This document shows, in pieces, positions 62,001-64,000 of a DNA stretch of 64,000 nucleotides; position 1 is the first letter of the stretch; the number at the start of each line of letters is the position of its first letter. The DNA is from Macrostomum lignano (lineage: Eukaryota). Location: the NCBI GenBank assembly GCA_002269645.1, contig NIVC01002224.1, forward strand, positions 1-64,000, read 5' to 3'. The position numbers were made by a program, and so were the translations under genes. The notes beneath the pieces were generated by a model that did no database searches, was not told the DNA's origin, and was given only the letters and a program-made list of their open reading frames with translations.

Positions 62001-62866
62001 AGGCGCCACTGAAGCATCGGGGAGGAGGAGGCGCCCACTGAAGCATCTGGGGGGGGGGGAGGAGGCGCCACTGAAGCATGGGGGGGGAGGAGGCGCCACT
62101 GAAGCATCGGGGGGAGGAGGCGCCACTGAAGCATCGGGAAGGGGGAGGCGCCCACTGAAGCATCGGGGGGAGGAGGCGCCACTGAAGCGTCGGGAAGGGG
62201 GAGGCGCCCACTGAAGCATCGTGGGAGGGGGGGGGGAGCAGGTACCGAGTATTTCCAGCCCCACTCGATCCCCTCAACCTCGCCGCCCCGCAGAGCGAGG
62301 AGGCCCTCCGCAAGCACAAGGAGCTGTCTCAGCTGCACAGGACCAACTTGGAGCAGCTCAGCGAGCGCCTAGGCCTGCCGCCATTGCAGCAGCAGCAGCT
62401 CATGGACCTGCCCGGCTCCGGCGGCGGCATGAGCTACGAATACCGGGACCGAGCCAAGGAGCGCCGGGAAAAGTACGGCCTGCCGCCTCCGCCAGCCACG
62501 GGGCGGCGTCGGCCGCCTCAGGAGCAGCAGCAGCAGAGGCATCAGGCAGCGGCTTCATCAATACCGCAGCCTCCGCAGCCTCAGCAGCAGCCGCAGCAGC
62601 AGCCGCCACAGCCAGCGGCAGAGGACAGCGGAGGCGTAGGCAAGAAGCTGCTAGAAAAGATGGGCGGCTGGCGCGAAGGCCAGGGCCTCGGGCGGCTTGG
62701 CCAGGGCCGGGTGGCCCCGGTGGAGGCCGAGGTTCGACGCCCGGGCGTAGGTCTGGGCGTGGCCTCGGCCAGCACCGGCACGGTGGGCTCCGCGGCGGTG
62801 TCCGGCAGCTACATGGACAAAGTGAAGAGCTCTATGATGGCCAGGTATCAGGAGTTTGACGAATAG
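50080..62866 (+). CDS. RBM5: RBM5/RBM10-family splicing factor, 8 coding exons, ~961 aa (RS/RD-rich, RRM1, RanBP2 ZnF, RRM2, OCRE, C2H2, G-patch)
   Basis: Exons 50080-50586, 50935-51004, 51301-51374, 53017-53121, 53695-54062, 55827-56345, 57060-57729 and 62294-62866. Motifs: SRGFAFVEF; WMCLR|CNGHNFRKREACYKC; TLVLRNLD; SGYYYDSDTGLYYD; CLLCQRGFQ|SEEALRKHKELSQLH; GKKLLEKMGGWREGQGLG. 2886 nt in frame. RBM5 and RBM10 cannot be distinguished. Confidence 0.93.
50640..50845 (+). repeat. 35-bp minisatellite in RBM intron 1
   Basis: (GGTTCTCAAGGATATGGCATCCTGTCTGTGAGTTG)n seen directly. Confidence 0.9.
51655..52545 (+). repeat. 34-bp minisatellite (CTCAGTGCAGACTCATTCTTTGTGTACGGTTGTT)n in RBM intron 3, followed by a CT-rich tract to ~52720
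   Basis: Near-perfect period of 34 bp. Confidence 0.96.
53270..53645 (+). repeat. 20-bp minisatellite (GATAATCACCCCAGACACTT)n in RBM intron 4
   Basis: Seen directly. Confidence 0.94.
54125..55810 (+). repeat. 20-bp minisatellite (GTGATCCCCACTGAGCACCC)n in RBM intron 5
   Basis: Seen directly; runs to within ~16 bp of the acceptor at 55826. Confidence 0.96.
56400..57015 (+). repeat. ~29-bp minisatellite (GGGAATTTCAACTAGGGAATCTGAAATGA)n in RBM intron 6
   Basis: Degenerate 5' part and more homogeneous 3' part. Confidence 0.9.
57755..62225 (+). repeat. ~26-bp minisatellite (CCACTGAAGCATCTGGGAGGAGGTTC and variants)n filling the 4.6-kb RBM intron 7, with 1501-bp higher-order duplication
   Basis: Seen directly; ORF pairs are offset by exactly 1501 bp. 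Confidence 0.97.
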
Positions 62867-63724
62867 CAACTGGTGTATGTTGCCGATATGTTGCGTAAAC
62901 AACTTTTTAAATTAAGAATTGTCCGTACTATAAATATCACCACTCTTACTAAAAATACAAAAGCAAGGTGATAATCTCCGTATAGGCTAGCTACCAGGAC
63001 TCAGTTTGACAAGCAACTGGGCTTATCCACCGATATGTAGCGTAAATAACTAAATATGGATCAAATATCTAAATGAGAGAATAACCCACTGATAAGATAG
63101 TTTAATTCAATAAGCTAGGGTGAAGAGCTCTATAAATAACGGTGTTTATCTACCGATATGGTGCGTAGAAAACTTAGTGAATTATTTTTAAAACAATATA
63201 CTTAGGCAGAAAAGATCCCTTTGAAAACTGGCGGGATGCTTGAGTAAATAAGCGACTCCCCTTGTAGTTGTACTGTTCATTCAGTAATCATTTGTTAATG
63301 TTTATTAAATCCCTTCGGCTAGCCCCCATCCAGATCATTGCTTTTCAAAGCTGCATGCTTTTTCCTGTTTATAATACGCGAGTTTATGTGTGGACAGTTT
63401 ATAAAAAGTGTGTAATCTTTTATCTTAAAATAAAAAATAGTTGCAACATTCATTTAGCCTACTGTTAGTTAGTACTATACTTTATACGTGTCGCTAAGTT
63501 ATATAATTTTTGTGTTCTTGCGCGTGGTTAAATGTAAACTTCTCTATAACCAAAAATAAATTCAATAATTTCAAATTTAACTGCTTGCATTGGATGGACT
63601 GCGACCTGTGCGATCGCCTCATCCTGTTTAGCCATGTTAAACTGATTGGAGTCTGTGCTCTGCCGTACTCAAACTGATTTATGGTAAAAGCACCCGTCCA
63701 CAGGTCCAGAGAAACTGAATGAGA

Positions 63725-64000
63725 GAGCAGAGATGGTGAGGTAGTGGGTGGAGATGATAAGGTAGTGGGCGGAGATGATGAGGTAGTGGGCGGAGATGAT
63801 GAGGTAGTGAGTGGAGATGATGAGATAGTGAGTGGAGATGGTGAGGTAGTGGGCGGAGATGATGAGGTAGTGGGCGGAGATGGTGAGGTAGTGGGCAGAG
63901 ATGCTGGGGTAGTGGGCAGAGATGATGAGATAGTGAGTGGAGATGGTGAGATAGTCGGCGGAGATGCTGGGGTAGTGGGCAGAGATGATGAGGTAGTGGG
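63725..64000 (+). repeat. 21-bp minisatellite (GAGATGATGAGGTAGTGGGCG)n downstream of RBM5/10, continuing past the window end
   Basis: Seen directly. Confidence 0.93.

Noticed and set aside
62239-62246. CAG|GTACC as a recursive splice site or alternative acceptor
   Set aside because: It is preceded by a purine run with no pyrimidine tract; the acceptor at 62293 restores the C2H2 finger exactly.
300-64000. CRISPR-like arrays
   Set aside because: The repeats are head-to-tail without unique spacers, the context is eukaryotic and there are no cas genes.

Overview
Gene-dense metazoan genomic DNA. GC-rich exons, spliceosomal introns and very abundant 20-35 bp minisatellites suggest a Macrostomum-like free-living flatworm (inference, not verified). 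Splicing the exons by hand gives five complete multi-exon genes with clean GT-AG joins and open reading frames: an HSD17B10-like SDR (+), a THIK/KCNK12-13 K2P channel (+), GOSR1 (-), an anoctamin/TMEM16 (+) and RBM5/10 (+). The window also holds the last exon of a divergent Maf bZIP gene (+) and an orphan single-ORF helical protein with a hydrophobic hairpin (ApoL/ClyA-like architecture, -). A decayed ~4 kb DIRS-order (Ngaro-like) tyrosine-recombinase retrotransposon sits inside a minisatellite in anoctamin intron 3. The 26-38 kb intergenic region holds LTR-like remnants with tRNA-Leu PBS motifs and MITE-like inverted repeats. The strongest pattern is that 16 of 17 complete introns, and most 3' flanks, each carry a minisatellite, almost all with a unit of their own. 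These arrays often run up to the splice site and contain splice-signal look-alikes, while the 12 kb intergenic region nearly lacks them. Most long ORFs in the supplied track are artefacts of these repeats.
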